Positions 10,164 to 20,097 of a stretch of 64,000 nucleotides of DNA are shown piece by piece. This stretch comes from an uncultured Pseudobdellovibrionaceae bacterium (lineage in GTDB: Bacteria > Pseudomonadota > Alphaproteobacteria > Micavibrionales > Micavibrionaceae), in the NCBI GenBank assembly GCA_964467925.1, contig CAYXSX010000001.1, positions 6,870-70,869 on the forward strand, written 5' to 3'. The notes beneath the pieces are model-generated. The model was not told the DNA's origin, did not search any database, and saw only the letters and a list, made by a program, of their open reading frames with translations. A program made the position numbers and the translations under genes. Each line of letters opens with the position of its first letter. The stretch's first letter is position 1.

Positions 10164-10940
10164 ATGGGCATGAAATGGTTCCTGTTTCTTATTATCGCCT
10201 TTACGCTGCCGGCATTCAATACTGTGGCGGCTGATGGTTATGTTCCCCCTACATGTGATGCGGGTCTTTACAGGGCCATCACCACCAAAGCCCACCTTGA
10301 GAGCCAGCGCGAGCAAATGCTCAATTCCAATCTTTTGTTTAAACCTGACAGCGTTCTTGAATATTCCTGTTTTAATGCGGCGCTGAATTCCGATCTTGCG
10401 CCCAAGGATACGAATTTCAGTGAAAGCCATAAAACAATTGATTTACCGGGCGCTACAAACGAAATGCTTGGAACACCCGCCCAACAATACAACAGTAACA
10501 ATTTCGGCCATCCCGCACTTGGCGGCCATGGAAAAGATCCAGCTTCACCCGGTTCCAATTACACGAATTGCAACATGATGAACAATATATGGCGTCAGGC
10601 AAAATGCGGTGATTTTCAGCAAAATCTGAGTGAAACGGCTTTTCTCGAGTTCTCCGATTACGCTAACGGTGCCAATAAACGCGGTTTGCCTCAGGAATGC
10701 GCTCCCAAAGCGCCTCTGCCGTGGAAAGAAGCCATAGCAGCCGTTTATCCGCCCGGTAACCTTGATATGAATGAAGTTTATAAGAAACTGCAGCCCGGAG
10801 CCTGCGGCGATACTTATATCATTAGCACAGGCGTACCGCTGAAATATAAAACGCCTGATGGCGCCGGAGGCCTTAAGGAAGGTAAAATCTGCGCTGCGCC
10901 GGGCTGTTCCTTTAGCATATCGGGAAAATCCTGTAACTAG
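10164..10940 (+). CDS. Hypothetical secreted cysteine-rich protein
   Basis: N-terminal signal peptide (MKWFLFLIIAFTLPAFNTVAA) and 9 Cys in the mature part. I recognise no family. AT-rich upstream spacer. Confidence 0.6.
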   Translation: MGMKWFLFLIIAFTLPAFNTVAADGYVPPTCDAGLYRAITTKAHLESQREQMLNSNLLFKPDSVLEYSCFNAALNSDLAPKDTNFSESHKTIDLPGATNEMLGTPAQQYNSNNFGHPALGGHGKDPASPGSNYTNCNMMNNIWRQAKCGDFQQNLSETAFLEFSDYANGANKRGLPQECAPKAPLPWKEAIAAVYPPGNLDMNEVYKKLQPGACGDTYIISTGVPLKYKTPDGAGGLKEGKICAAPGCSFSISGKSCN

Positions 10941-11731
10941 GCGGTTTTGACCGTAATTTCTAAGCCATCATAAGCCGGCGCGTATCCATCAGTCAATTCG
11001 TTAACAAGCGTACGGTAATCCATGGAAATCGTCAGACTGGATAAATACACCTGATCCGCACCGATTTGTTCGTTCAGCGCGTAAATCGTTTCCAGATTGG
11101 CGTGAACAAGATTATCCGTGTGATGATATCCGGCGCCGTCCACAATCCATGTTTTCACGCCCGTAAGCGCCTCGATGGCTGGCGGATCGAGATTGACGAT
11201 ATCGCAGGAATAGCCGAAATCGCCAAAGCGGTAACCGACAGAGCGGCATGTCCCGTGATCCTGATCAAAGGGAATGAAATCTATATCCCCTACCCACATT
11301 GATTTACCGTAATTTTGCGGGCCAATCTCATGCGCTTCCAGCACAGGCGGATACAGAACGCTTTTCCCTCCCTCGAACAGATATTTGAACCGCCCCGTCA
11401 GATCGCCCAATGTTTCGGCGTTCCCGTAAATAGGCACCAATTTTTGCCCGCGAATGCGGATCATACGAAGGTCGTCGATGCCCATAATGTGATCGCTGTG
11501 AGCATGGGTATAAAGCACGGCATCGACATGGGAAATATCGGCCCGGTTCATCTGCGTACGAAAATCGGCCCCCGTATCAACAATAATCGTCGTGTTTTTA
11601 CTTTGCACGGCGATGGAGGAACGCAGGCGGTTATTGCGCGGCTCATGCGGGTCACACTTGCCCCAGTGATTGCCGATAGATGGTACCCCGGTCGAATTGC
11701 CGCACCCTAAAACTGTGATCTTCAGGGTCAT
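10937..11731 (-). CDS. MBL-fold metallo-hydrolase (PhnP-like)
   Basis: HxHxDH motif (THAHSDH) and N-terminal VLGCGNSTGVP. Conserved position next to tatD-metG. Confidence 0.85.
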   Translation of the reverse strand: MTLKITVLGCGNSTGVPSIGNHWGKCDPHEPRNNRLRSSIAVQSKNTTIIVDTGADFRTQMNRADISHVDAVLYTHAHSDHIMGIDDLRMIRIRGQKLVPIYGNAETLGDLTGRFKYLFEGGKSVLYPPVLEAHEIGPQNYGKSMWVGDIDFIPFDQDHGTCRSVGYRFGDFGYSCDIVNLDPPAIEALTGVKTWIVDGAGYHHTDNLVHANLETIYALNEQIGADQVYLSSLTISMDYRTLVNELTDGYAPAYDGLEITVKTA

Positions 11732-12522
11732 AAGCGCTGCGCCCGGTTGAACAGCGTATAGAAATTATCGGTGGTCGCTTTCGCAAGCGCCCCAATTTCT
11801 TCATGGCGCAGCCCAGCCAGAAACTCCCCGGTATGGCGCACATATTCCGGCCTGTTCGGTTTTCCCCGCAATGGCACGGGCGCAAGGAAGGGCGCATCCG
11901 TTTCCACCAGAACGCGATCAATCGGCACATCTTTGGCAATCTCCTGCAGCTCCACCGCTTTGGGGAAGGTCACAATGCCGGATAAGGAAATATAAAACCC
12001 AAGCTCAAGCGCCTGCTCCGCCAGCCAGCGCGAGCCGCTGAAACAATGCATAACCCCGCGAAGCCGCCCTGCGCCCTCTTCCTTCATAATGCGGATCGTA
12101 TCTTCCTCCGCATCGCGCGTATGGATGATGATCGGCAAATCCGTTTCAAGACAGGCGCGGATGTGTTTTCTAAAACTCTCCGCCTGATCGCCGCGCGGAG
12201 AATTATCGTAATAATAATCAAGCCCGCTTTCCCCGATGCCGATGATTTTGAGATCGAAATTTGCCAGTTTCACCAACTCTTCAAGCGTGACCGCTTTTTC
12301 CGTCTCCAGCCCGGAATCGTGCGGATGTGTGCCAACAGAGCACCAGATATTTTTATGCGCTCGCGCCAGTTCAAGCTGCGCCGGAAAATCACCATTAATC
12401 TGACACGAAATGCTGAGCACTCCATCGACACCATGCTCCATCGCCCCGTCGATAAGGCTTTGCGCACCAACGCCATCCTCATGATTTTTATGGGTCAGGT
12501 GACAATGCGAGTCGATCCACAT
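11728..12522 (-). CDS. tatD: TatD-family metal-dependent DNase/hydrolase
   Basis: IDSHCHL N-terminus, GESGLDYYY, HCFSG and ETDAPFL motifs. 4-nt overlap with the downstream gene. Confidence 0.9.
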   Translation of the reverse strand: MWIDSHCHLTHKNHEDGVGAQSLIDGAMEHGVDGVLSISCQINGDFPAQLELARAHKNIWCSVGTHPHDSGLETEKAVTLEELVKLANFDLKIIGIGESGLDYYYDNSPRGDQAESFRKHIRACLETDLPIIIHTRDAEEDTIRIMKEEGAGRLRGVMHCFSGSRWLAEQALELGFYISLSGIVTFPKAVELQEIAKDVPIDRVLVETDAPFLAPVPLRGKPNRPEYVRHTGEFLAGLRHEEIGALAKATTDNFYTLFNRAQRL

Positions 12523-12548
12523 AAGAAGCCTGCTTTCCTTGAAATACC

Positions 12549-14108
12549 CTATTCCGCGGCTTCCTGTGTCATTTCCAACCGCGGAAAGACGCCTTCGGGT
12601 TTGTCGATTTTGGTGCCCGGTTTCAACGCATGATCGGGTGACAAAGTTTCAAAGCTACGCGCATCTTCGCCGATCTTAAGTTGATCGAGCATACGCGCGG
12701 CGCTTTCCGGCGTCAGCGGCTGCATGATCAGCGCAAGGCACCGTATGGTTTCCGCCAGCACATAAAGTACCGTTCCCATACGCTCCGGATTATCATTCTT
12801 AAGTTTCCATGGCGCTTGCTGGTCGATATAGACATTGCCCTCATTCGCCACGCGGATGATTTTATCAATCGCCTTGTGGAAACGCTGTAAATCAAGCTCG
12901 GCCCGTACTTCGGCGATCATCTCGCGCCGTGCAAGATCCAAAAGCGCCTTATCCTCTGCAGTTAAATCTCCGGCTTTCGCAATAACACCGTCGCAGTTTT
13001 TGTAAATCATGGACAGGCTGCGCTGCGCCAGATTACCGATGCCGTTGGCAAGATCGGCGTTGATACGCTCCACTGCGCTTTGGTGTGAGAAATTACCGTC
13101 ATTGCCGAATGGTACTTCGCGCATCATGAAATAACGCGCCTGATCGACGCCGTAACGCTCCACCAGATCATGCGGGGCGATGACATTGCCAAGAGATTTC
13201 GACATTTTTTGCCCCTCGATCGTCCACCAGCCATGGGCAAAAACCCGTTTCGGCGGCTTCAGACCCGCGGCCATCAAAAATGCGGGCCAGTAAACGGCGT
13301 GGAAACGCAGAATGTCTTTGCCCACCATATGCAGATCGGCGGGCCAATATTTTTTAAAGCTTTCACCGTCTTTGTCCGGATATCCGGCGGCGGTGATATA
13401 GTTCGTCAGCGCGTCGATCCACACATACATGACATGCTCGTCGTCGCCGGGCACAGGAATACCCCAGTCGAAATTGGTACGGCTGATTGATAAATCCATG
13501 AGCCCGCCCTTCACGAAACTGATGACTTCGTTGCGGCGGGAATCCGGCATGATGAAATCGGGATGCGCCTCGTAAAATTCCAGCAGACGGTCCTGCCACG
13601 CTGACAACTTAAAGAAATAGCTCTCCTCCTCCACCCATTCGCATGGCGCGCCGGAAGGGGCAATTTTCGTGCCGTCCGGCCCGTCGGTCAGCTCATCTTC
13701 GCCGTAATATGCCTCATCACGCACGGCGTACCAGCCCGCATATTTATCGAGATAAATATCGCCGTTATCGGCAATCGCGCGCCAGAGTGCTTGCGCCGAA
13801 ATCTTGTGCCGCTCTTCGGTTGTGCGGATGAAATCGTCGTTGGAATAATTCATCAGCGGAGTAAGATCGCGGAAATTCTGCGAGACTTTATCCGTAAAGC
13901 TTTGCGGATCAATACCAGCCTTAGCCGCCGCCTGATGCACTTTCAGGCCGTGTTCATCCGTACCGGTCAGGAACATGACATCGAAACCGTCCAGCCGCTT
14001 GAACCGCGCCAGCACGTCACAGGCCACGCTTGTATAGGTATGGCCCAGATGCGGTTTGTCGTTCACATAGTAAATGGGGGTCGTGATGTAATACGGCTTT
14101 TGGGCCAT
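12549..14108 (-). CDS. metG: Methionine--tRNA ligase
   Basis: Class I signatures HLGH (PHLGHTY) and KMSKS (QKMSKSLGN); 519 aa. Confidence 0.95.
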   Translation of the reverse strand: MAQKPYYITTPIYYVNDKPHLGHTYTSVACDVLARFKRLDGFDVMFLTGTDEHGLKVHQAAAKAGIDPQSFTDKVSQNFRDLTPLMNYSNDDFIRTTEERHKISAQALWRAIADNGDIYLDKYAGWYAVRDEAYYGEDELTDGPDGTKIAPSGAPCEWVEEESYFFKLSAWQDRLLEFYEAHPDFIMPDSRRNEVISFVKGGLMDLSISRTNFDWGIPVPGDDEHVMYVWIDALTNYITAAGYPDKDGESFKKYWPADLHMVGKDILRFHAVYWPAFLMAAGLKPPKRVFAHGWWTIEGQKMSKSLGNVIAPHDLVERYGVDQARYFMMREVPFGNDGNFSHQSAVERINADLANGIGNLAQRSLSMIYKNCDGVIAKAGDLTAEDKALLDLARREMIAEVRAELDLQRFHKAIDKIIRVANEGNVYIDQQAPWKLKNDNPERMGTVLYVLAETIRCLALIMQPLTPESAARMLDQLKIGEDARSFETLSPDHALKPGTKIDKPEGVFPRLEMTQEAAE

Positions 14109-14124
14109 GGGAATTCCTCCGGTA

Positions 14125-15288
14125 TCAAGCAGCGCGCATCAAGGAAAATGCTTCCATGACCCCGTGGCGTTTATCCAGAGAGGCGCGGGAAACCTGATCA
14201 AAGTGCTCCCCTAGGTTTTCACAGATTTTGATCAGGCTTTCAAGGGAAGAGTTTTTCAGGATGCGCCCGAAGACTTCCAGATTAAGCGGTTCCGCAGCCT
14301 GCTCCTGCCCTCGTGCTTTGGCACGCGCCAGCTCATCCGCCAGCCATAGCATAAGTCCGGCAAAGGACTCATAAGACTTTCCGCGGTCAAGACGGGCAAA
14401 CTCATCGGCCATGGCATGAAGATCGGTTTGCTTCCAATCGGGGTATTGCTGGAAAATCATTAATATCCGCTCCAGTATCTCCAGCCCGCCTTCATCCAGA
14501 AATTGTAGCGCCTTGCCGATACTTCCTCCTGAAAGATGAAGAAGCCTTGTAATCTCTTGTTCTGTAATTCTTTCGCCGCGCCGCTGCATCAACGTTTGGA
14601 TATTCTCCTGGCTCAGCGGAGAAAAATCCACCACGCGGCTACGCGAGCGGATCGTCGGGATCAGCGCGCCGATCCGGTGTGTCACCAATATCAGCAGCGT
14701 ATCGCTCGGCGGCTCTTCCAGAATTTTCAAAAGGGCGTTTTGCGCATTGCGGTTCATCGTGTCGGCATCATCAATCACCACCACACGCCAGCCGCCATAG
14801 GATGCGGTCTTACGTAGAAACGGGGCGACTTTTCTCAACTGCTCGACATCAAGGCTGTTTTTCTGCGTTCCCTTACCCTCGTCTACCGCACGCTCCAACC
14901 CTAAAAGGTCGGGATGCGCGCCCGAAGCCACCAGCCGGAAAACCGGATCGTTCACATCCATATCCATGGATGATGGACTTTCTGCCGGAAGATCGTCGAA
15001 CATGCCTCCCTGCCCCGCATCTTCTTTTTCGGTTTTTAGAACGTGGCGGGCGAGGCGGTAAGCAAAGGTGGACTTTCCGATACCTTTAATGCCTGAGAAA
15101 ATAAGCGCGTGCGGGCACTTTCCTTGCTCCAAAAGCTTTAAAAGCTCTTGCTCTATTTTGTCATGCCCCAGACAAAACGACATCAGGCGCGGATGAACCA
15201 GCCCCTCCTCTTCTTGCACCAAAGGTGCCGGAGGAATGCTTGACGCCTCGAATTCTTCTTCCGCCGGTTCATCGCCAAACAAATCCAT
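14125..15288 (-). CDS. holB: DNA polymerase III subunit delta'
   Basis: Clamp-loader AAA+ fold (GIKGIGKSTFAYRLA, VVVIDDAD, LLKILEEPP, SRSR). TAATG-type overlap with tmk. Confidence 0.85.
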   Translation of the reverse strand: MDLFGDEPAEEEFEASSIPPAPLVQEEEGLVHPRLMSFCLGHDKIEQELLKLLEQGKCPHALIFSGIKGIGKSTFAYRLARHVLKTEKEDAGQGGMFDDLPAESPSSMDMDVNDPVFRLVASGAHPDLLGLERAVDEGKGTQKNSLDVEQLRKVAPFLRKTASYGGWRVVVIDDADTMNRNAQNALLKILEEPPSDTLLILVTHRIGALIPTIRSRSRVVDFSPLSQENIQTLMQRRGERITEQEITRLLHLSGGSIGKALQFLDEGGLEILERILMIFQQYPDWKQTDLHAMADEFARLDRGKSYESFAGLMLWLADELARAKARGQEQAAEPLNLEVFGRILKNSSLESLIKICENLGEHFDQVSRASLDKRHGVMEAFSLMRAA

Positions 15289-15965
15289 TACGCGCCCTCT
15301 TGGTTTTTATGCGCTTCCAGTCTTTCTTCCACGATCTTCAAAATCTGCGCTTCGATATCTTCTTTGCTTTGTCCGGCGTCGATAACCTGACAACGCTCAG
15401 GTTCCTTTTTCGCAATCTCCAGAAACCCGGCACGCAGTTTTTCATGAAAGGATAAATCCAGATTTTCATACCGGTCTTCGCTTTGGCTAAGCCCCAGTTT
15501 TTCAGAGGCTAACCTGCGTCCCGAACGCGACAATCCCTCGCGTGGATCAATATCCAGAATAAAAGTAAGATCGGGTGTGAAGCCATCCAAAACAATGTCG
15601 TTCAATTTATTGATTTTTGAAAGCTCCATGCCAAGCCCGTAACCCTGATAGGCGCGGGTGGAATCGGTAAACCTGTCGCTGATCACAATACGTCCGTCTT
15701 CCAACGCGGGTTTGATAATTTTATCGACATACATCGCTCTTGCGGCAAAGAACATCAGGCATTCCGCCATCGGACTCCAATTGCCGCCGTGACGTTGCAC
15801 CAGTAAATTGCGGATTTTTTCGCCTTCCGGCGTGCCTCCGGGCTCTCGCGCCGTAACAACCTTATATTTCTTCGCGGTCAGGGTTTCCGCAAGCCAGTTG
15901 ATCTGTGTAGTTTTACCGCCTCCTTCGCCGCCTTCCAACGTGATAAAGAAGCCCCGCTTAGCCAT
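15288..15965 (-). CDS. tmk: Thymidylate kinase
   Basis: P-loop FITLEGGEGGGKTT and DRF motif (ISDRFTDSTRAYQG). Confidence 0.95.
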   Translation of the reverse strand: MAKRGFFITLEGGEGGGKTTQINWLAETLTAKKYKVVTAREPGGTPEGEKIRNLLVQRHGGNWSPMAECLMFFAARAMYVDKIIKPALEDGRIVISDRFTDSTRAYQGYGLGMELSKINKLNDIVLDGFTPDLTFILDIDPREGLSRSGRRLASEKLGLSQSEDRYENLDLSFHEKLRAGFLEIAKKEPERCQVIDAGQSKEDIEAQILKIVEERLEAHKNQEGA

Positions 15966-17160
15966 TGATTGTTTTTTCCTTCAAATCACGGACGGGCGGC
16001 ACACCACCCTCATCGGCGGGCAATCTTGCCCGTGCAAAAAACAAACGTCTGGCTTTCGCAAACGTACGGGAAATCAGGCCCATTTTATTGACGTCCTGTG
16101 CGGCAACCAGAGGAACTTCGAAAGTCGAAAGCTGCGGCACGTCAATCGTCATAATACCCACCTGTTGCCCCTTTTGAACGGGCGCTATCAAAGGCTGCGT
16201 CATTCTCACCTGTATTTTCAAGCCCTGCCGGGAAAGGGTTGGCAACGTAACTTTTAAATCACGCCCCGTTACTGCGGCCACGCTTTTATCCTTACCCACA
16301 GCCACAGGAATATCGGCTACAGGTTCATCACCTTTCACAAGCTCCACATTCTGGAACCCGCGTAACCCCCACTCCAGCAATTTAGCAGCCTCTTTCGCGC
16401 GCGCCTGTTCGTCTTCCAGCCCGTTGATCACGAGCACTACGCGGCGGCCATTATGCACCCCCGATCCAATCAGACCGTATCCTCCGACTTCCGTATGGCC
16501 CGTTTTGATACCATCGGCGCCGATATTGCGGTAAAGTAGCGGATTGCGGTTGCGCTGGGTAATTTTGTTATAGGTAAATTCCTTTTCACTGTAATAATGA
16601 TAATAATTCGGAAAATCGCGAATCATCGCCACGGCAAGCGTCGTCAGATCGCGCGGCGTGGAATAATGATCAGGATCGGGCCAGCCGCTGGCATTCATGA
16701 AATTGCTGTCTTTCATACCAAGCTCCTTGGCTTTGGCCGTTAGCGCCTTGGCGAAATAATCTTCGGTCCCCGCTAAACCTTCGGCCAACACGATAGTTGC
16801 ATCGTTTCCGGACTGTACGATTACACCACGTACAAGATCCTCCACCTTAACGCTTTTATCCACCTCAACGAACATTTTGGACCCGCCCTTACGCCAGGCT
16901 TTTTCGCTAACCAAAAATTCATCGTTCAGCGAAATTTGACCACTTTTCAGAGCGTCAAAAACCACATACATCGTCATCACCTTGCTCATAGAAGAGGTTG
17001 GCATACGCGCATCCGGATTCTTTTCATACAGCACCATGCCGGTTTCAAAATCGACCATATAGGCGTGACTGGCCAGCGTCGGCGGTCGCTTTTGCGCATA
17101 GGAAGAAACGGGAGCGAACGCGATAAAAACAAAAAGAATGAGTGCAAGAATACGTGTCAT
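15958..17160 (-). CDS. D-alanyl-D-alanine carboxypeptidase (PBP5/6 family, S11)
   Basis: Signal peptide, SxxK (SMSKV), SGN (QSGND) and KTG (IKTGHT) motifs, plus the C-terminal PBP5 domain. Confidence 0.9.
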   Translation of the reverse strand: MTRILALILFVFIAFAPVSSYAQKRPPTLASHAYMVDFETGMVLYEKNPDARMPTSSMSKVMTMYVVFDALKSGQISLNDEFLVSEKAWRKGGSKMFVEVDKSVKVEDLVRGVIVQSGNDATIVLAEGLAGTEDYFAKALTAKAKELGMKDSNFMNASGWPDPDHYSTPRDLTTLAVAMIRDFPNYYHYYSEKEFTYNKITQRNRNPLLYRNIGADGIKTGHTEVGGYGLIGSGVHNGRRVVLVINGLEDEQARAKEAAKLLEWGLRGFQNVELVKGDEPVADIPVAVGKDKSVAAVTGRDLKVTLPTLSRQGLKIQVRMTQPLIAPVQKGQQVGIMTIDVPQLSTFEVPLVAAQDVNKMGLISRTFAKARRLFFARARLPADEGGVPPVRDLKEKTING

Positions 17161-17219
17161 AGAGGTACCTTCGCATCCCTTTAAACGCTAATCAAGGACC
17201 TGCTGGGGTGAAATAAAAA

Positions 17220-18260
17220 TTATTCTACAACAATAATTGCCTGCTTGTTACCAGCAGAGGCAAGCTCATCAAGAAGTTTGTCGGCCAACGACACATCGTT
17301 GGAGGGAATTCGTACACGGTAAAAAGACTGACCATTGATTTCCGCCGGGTATACGCCTGCTTTTCGGCCCAGTTTATTGGCAAAGGCTATCGCGTTTTCC
17401 TTATTGGTAAACGATCCCGCCTGCACGTAAATATTGGTGGGCGTAACGGGTAATTGCCTTACGACCGGATCGGGATAAAATTTTCCGGCATTGACGTGCC
17501 CTGCAACCTGTTGATCCGTTGAAGCAGAAACTGGAGTTAACCCTGATGGCGTAGAGTACCCCTCATGCGGCGGCGGTAAAAGATCGGCAGCAGGAAGGTA
17601 ATTATCATTACCGTCATTGGCGGCCATCATTTGCGCTTCACGCGCCAAAGCAGCTTCACGTTCGTTCAGGCCCGGCGGGTCCGGCAATAACGTACCCTCA
17701 TCGCGCACTTGCCTGTGCTCGTTCATCGCCACTTCATAGCCCTTGGTGTCCTCGCCTCGGCGCGCGGCGGCGGCTACCGCGCGGCTTTCCTTGGACAGAA
17801 CCTCGATCCGCACTTTCGCGGTACCCTTGGTTTTGACATCAAGTAAATCTGCGGCGCGGCTGGAAAGGTCGAGAACGCGCCCGCGCTTGAACGGACCGCG
17901 GTCATTAATCCGCACAATCACCGAACGTCCGTTTTCAAGATTCGTCACCCGTGCGATAGACGGCATCTGGAGCGTGCGGTGCGCCGCCGTTAGCTCGTTC
18001 ATGTCGAAAATTTCGCCATTGGCCGTGTAATTGCCGTGGAATTGCGGGCCGTACCAGGATGCGATTCCCGTTTCCACCAGATCGTATTGTTCTCTTGGAT
18101 AATATGTTTTGCCGAAAATGTCGTAAGGATTCCCGACTTTGAACTTTCCTTCGCTTTGTCCCGGACCGACCGTTTTTACAACATGAGAAGCCAGTTCGAC
18201 CTCTGAACAGCCGCTGATTAAAAGTGCCGAAAGCGACAATAAAAGAACTAAAAACCGCAT
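17220..18260 (-). CDS. rlpA: Septal ring lytic transglycosylase RlpA-family lipoprotein with C-terminal SPOR domain
   Basis: Lipobox LISGCS at the internal ATG 18260. DPBB domain (ASWYGPQFHGNYTANGE, VRINDRGP). SPOR-like C-terminus (YVQAGSF...FYRVRI). Confidence 0.85.
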   Translation of the reverse strand: MRFLVLLLSLSALLISGCSEVELASHVVKTVGPGQSEGKFKVGNPYDIFGKTYYPREQYDLVETGIASWYGPQFHGNYTANGEIFDMNELTAAHRTLQMPSIARVTNLENGRSVIVRINDRGPFKRGRVLDLSSRAADLLDVKTKGTAKVRIEVLSKESRAVAAAARRGEDTKGYEVAMNEHRQVRDEGTLLPDPPGLNEREAALAREAQMMAANDGNDNYLPAADLLPPPHEGYSTPSGLTPVSASTDQQVAGHVNAGKFYPDPVVRQLPVTPTNIYVQAGSFTNKENAIAFANKLGRKAGVYPAEINGQSFYRVRIPSNDVSLADKLLDELASAGNKQAIIVVE

Positions 18261-18273
18261 CCCACCTGCCTTT

Positions 18274-19242
18274 CTATTCTGCAATTGCATCGGCCAGCAA
18301 ACCCACGCTGGTGGCGAAATAGACCGATTTATTCCACCGCATAACGACACGGTAATTATGATACACTAGATAGGCCGGGCCGCCCAAGCCATCCGGTACA
18401 ACAACCGAGGCTTCCATATCTTCAGCCATCGGTAAATCACCACCGCCTGGAAGGCGAACGCCCGCCTTTTGCCATTCGCGCAAGCTCTTTTTAACATCAA
18501 CACCTGTCAAACTCTGAGAAAAACCGGCAGGAAGAGAGACCTGCCTGCCCCATCTTTCACCGTCATGCCACCCCGAACGGCTTAAATAATTCGCGGTCGA
18601 TCCGAACACGTCGGGCAAGCTACCCCAGATATCGCGCTTTCCGTCGCCGTTATGGTCCACCGCATAGGCATGGAAGCTGGAGGGCATAAACTGATTCTGG
18701 CCCATGGCGCCAGCCCATGAACCCTTCATATGCGCGGCGTCTACATGCCTTTCATCGATAATTTTAAGGGCATTGATAAGCTCCTTGCGGAAAAACGAAC
18801 TGCGCCGCCCATCATAGGCCAATGTGGCCAAAGAATCGACCACCTTGAAACCGCCTGTGTTATTTCCGTAGCTGGTCTCGATCCCCCACAGCGCGACAAT
18901 ATATTGAGATTGCACGCCGTATTTCGCGCTCACCGCCTCCAGTTCCGCCTTATGATCATACAGCATCTGGCGGCCTTGCTGGATGCGGGCGTTATTGATC
19001 ACACGCTCGCGATACTGCGCAAATGTCATCGTTCCTTCGGGTTGTTTGCGATCCAGTTCAATGACACGCGGAATCGGCTGCACGCCCGCAAAGGCTTCGT
19101 TCAACGTATGCTGCGAGATTCCTTCACTCGCCGCCTCTTGTTTGAAATTCATAAGCCAGGTTTCGAAGCTCTCGCTCGCCGCCCTGCTTTGCCCGGCAAT
19201 AAGGATGCACAAAAGTGATAAAAGGGTAAAAAATATTTTCAT
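18274..19242 (-). CDS. Lytic murein transglycosylase (MltB/Slt35-like)
   Basis: Signal peptide starting at ATG 19242. Motifs ALWGIETSYG, GAMGQNQFMPSSF and a C-terminal peptidoglycan-binding-like segment. Confidence 0.85.
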   Translation of the reverse strand: MKIFFTLLSLLCILIAGQSRAASESFETWLMNFKQEAASEGISQHTLNEAFAGVQPIPRVIELDRKQPEGTMTFAQYRERVINNARIQQGRQMLYDHKAELEAVSAKYGVQSQYIVALWGIETSYGNNTGGFKVVDSLATLAYDGRRSSFFRKELINALKIIDERHVDAAHMKGSWAGAMGQNQFMPSSFHAYAVDHNGDGKRDIWGSLPDVFGSTANYLSRSGWHDGERWGRQVSLPAGFSQSLTGVDVKKSLREWQKAGVRLPGGGDLPMAEDMEASVVVPDGLGGPAYLVYHNYRVVMRWNKSVYFATSVGLLADAIAE

Positions 19243-19345
19243 CCGCGGATTATGACTGATTTCCTCTGGACAGATAAGGGGGAAAGCCTTAATTATCACG
19301 AGATAAATTTTCAGCCCGCTATCTCATAGGCTTATCGTGCTTTAC

Positions 19346-19435
19346 GGAGGGGTGGCAGAGCGGTTGAATGCACCGGTCTTGAAAACCGGCGTGGGTTTAC
19401 GCCCACCGTGGGTTCGAATCCCACCCCCTCCGCCA
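19346..19435 (+). tRNA. tRNA-Ser: tRNA-Ser (anticodon UGA), CCA encoded
   Basis: Acceptor stem GGAGGGG/CCCCTCC. Anticodon stem CCGGT/ACCGG with loop CTTGAAA. Long variable arm (class II). T-arm GGGTTCGAATCCC. Confidence 0.95.
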
Positions 19436-19460
19436 ATCCTGCTTTCAGGCCCGAAAACCG

Positions 19461-19655
19461 TTATAACATATTGAATAAAAACGAATTTTTCGGGGCTCGA
19501 AACCCCGAATTACGGCAGTATACGAGCCTGTCCTCGAAGGCCACTTTCAGCAGGGTACGCCGCCTGTCCAAGGCACCGCTTTCCCATACCGAACAAGGGC
19601 TTGCGAACGCCGACAGGGTGAGTTCGAACACCTCGGCAAAACGCTTGCGCGGCGA
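19461..19655 (-). pseudogene. Probable relic of a serine-recombinase-family gene (C-terminal about 64 codons only)
   Basis: My own translation of this frame gives SPRKRFAEVFELTLSAFASPCSVWESGALDRRRTLLKVAFEDRLVYCRNSGFRAPKNSFLFNML*. It resembles recalled C-termini of island-borne recombinase-family proteins. A stop codon lies directly upstream in frame. The relic ends 25 nt from the tRNA-Ser 3' end. Confidence 0.4.
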
Positions 19656-19724
19656 TTAATTGCTCATCGGCATCATAGTTTTCATCTGCGGCCATATAGG
19701 TGTCTTAATTTTAAAGAAGAAGGA

Positions 19725-20012
19725 TTATTCAGCCTCTTTCTTGCTTCTGTATTCCTTCATCTTTTCCTTCATTTTTTCGCGGAAAGCTTCGGCTTCATCC
19801 TTGGAAAAATTACCATCGCCATCCGTATCCATTTTGGCGAAACGCGCTTCTGCCTCTGCCATAAACTCAGCCTTTGAAATCACGCCATCACCGTTTGTGT
19901 CATGTTTTTCAAACATATTGCCTTTGTGATGGCCTTCATGATCCTCGGCATGAGCCGCCGGTATGGCGATACACATGGCCAGCAGAATTGTCAGTGCGAT
20001 TGTCTTTTTCAT
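19725..20012 (-). CDS. Periplasmic EF-hand calcium-binding protein
   Basis: Signal peptide ending AHA. His-rich EDHEGHHKG. Two canonical EF loops, DTNGDGVISKAE and DTDGDGNFSKDE. Confidence 0.85.
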   Translation of the reverse strand: MKKTIALTILLAMCIAIPAAHAEDHEGHHKGNMFEKHDTNGDGVISKAEFMAEAEARFAKMDTDGDGNFSKDEAEAFREKMKEKMKEYRSKKEAE

Positions 20013-20097
20013 TAATTAAGCTCCTTTTTAATTTGGTTTGTCTACCTTGTAATACGTAAGAAAACTCAAAACCCTTCGCTGTTTTTAAATTTTTTCT

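Noticed and set aside
12046-12633. 195-aa ORF antisense to tatD. The same class includes 21996-22718, 50283-50984 and 61833-62435
   Set aside because: Each overlaps a well-supported gene on the other strand and lacks an RBS or recognisable domains.
19619-19634. Possible attR-like partial copy of the tRNA-Ser T-arm (GTTCGAAC...)
   Set aside because: Only about 10 of 14 bases match and it lies inside the recombinase relic, which is too weak to call a direct repeat.
19408-19929. Small ORFs 19408-19659(+), 19510-19695(-) and 19660-19929(+)
   Set aside because: They have no RBS or motifs. The first overlaps the tRNA, the second is an alternative frame of the recombinase relic, and the third is antisense to the EF-hand gene.
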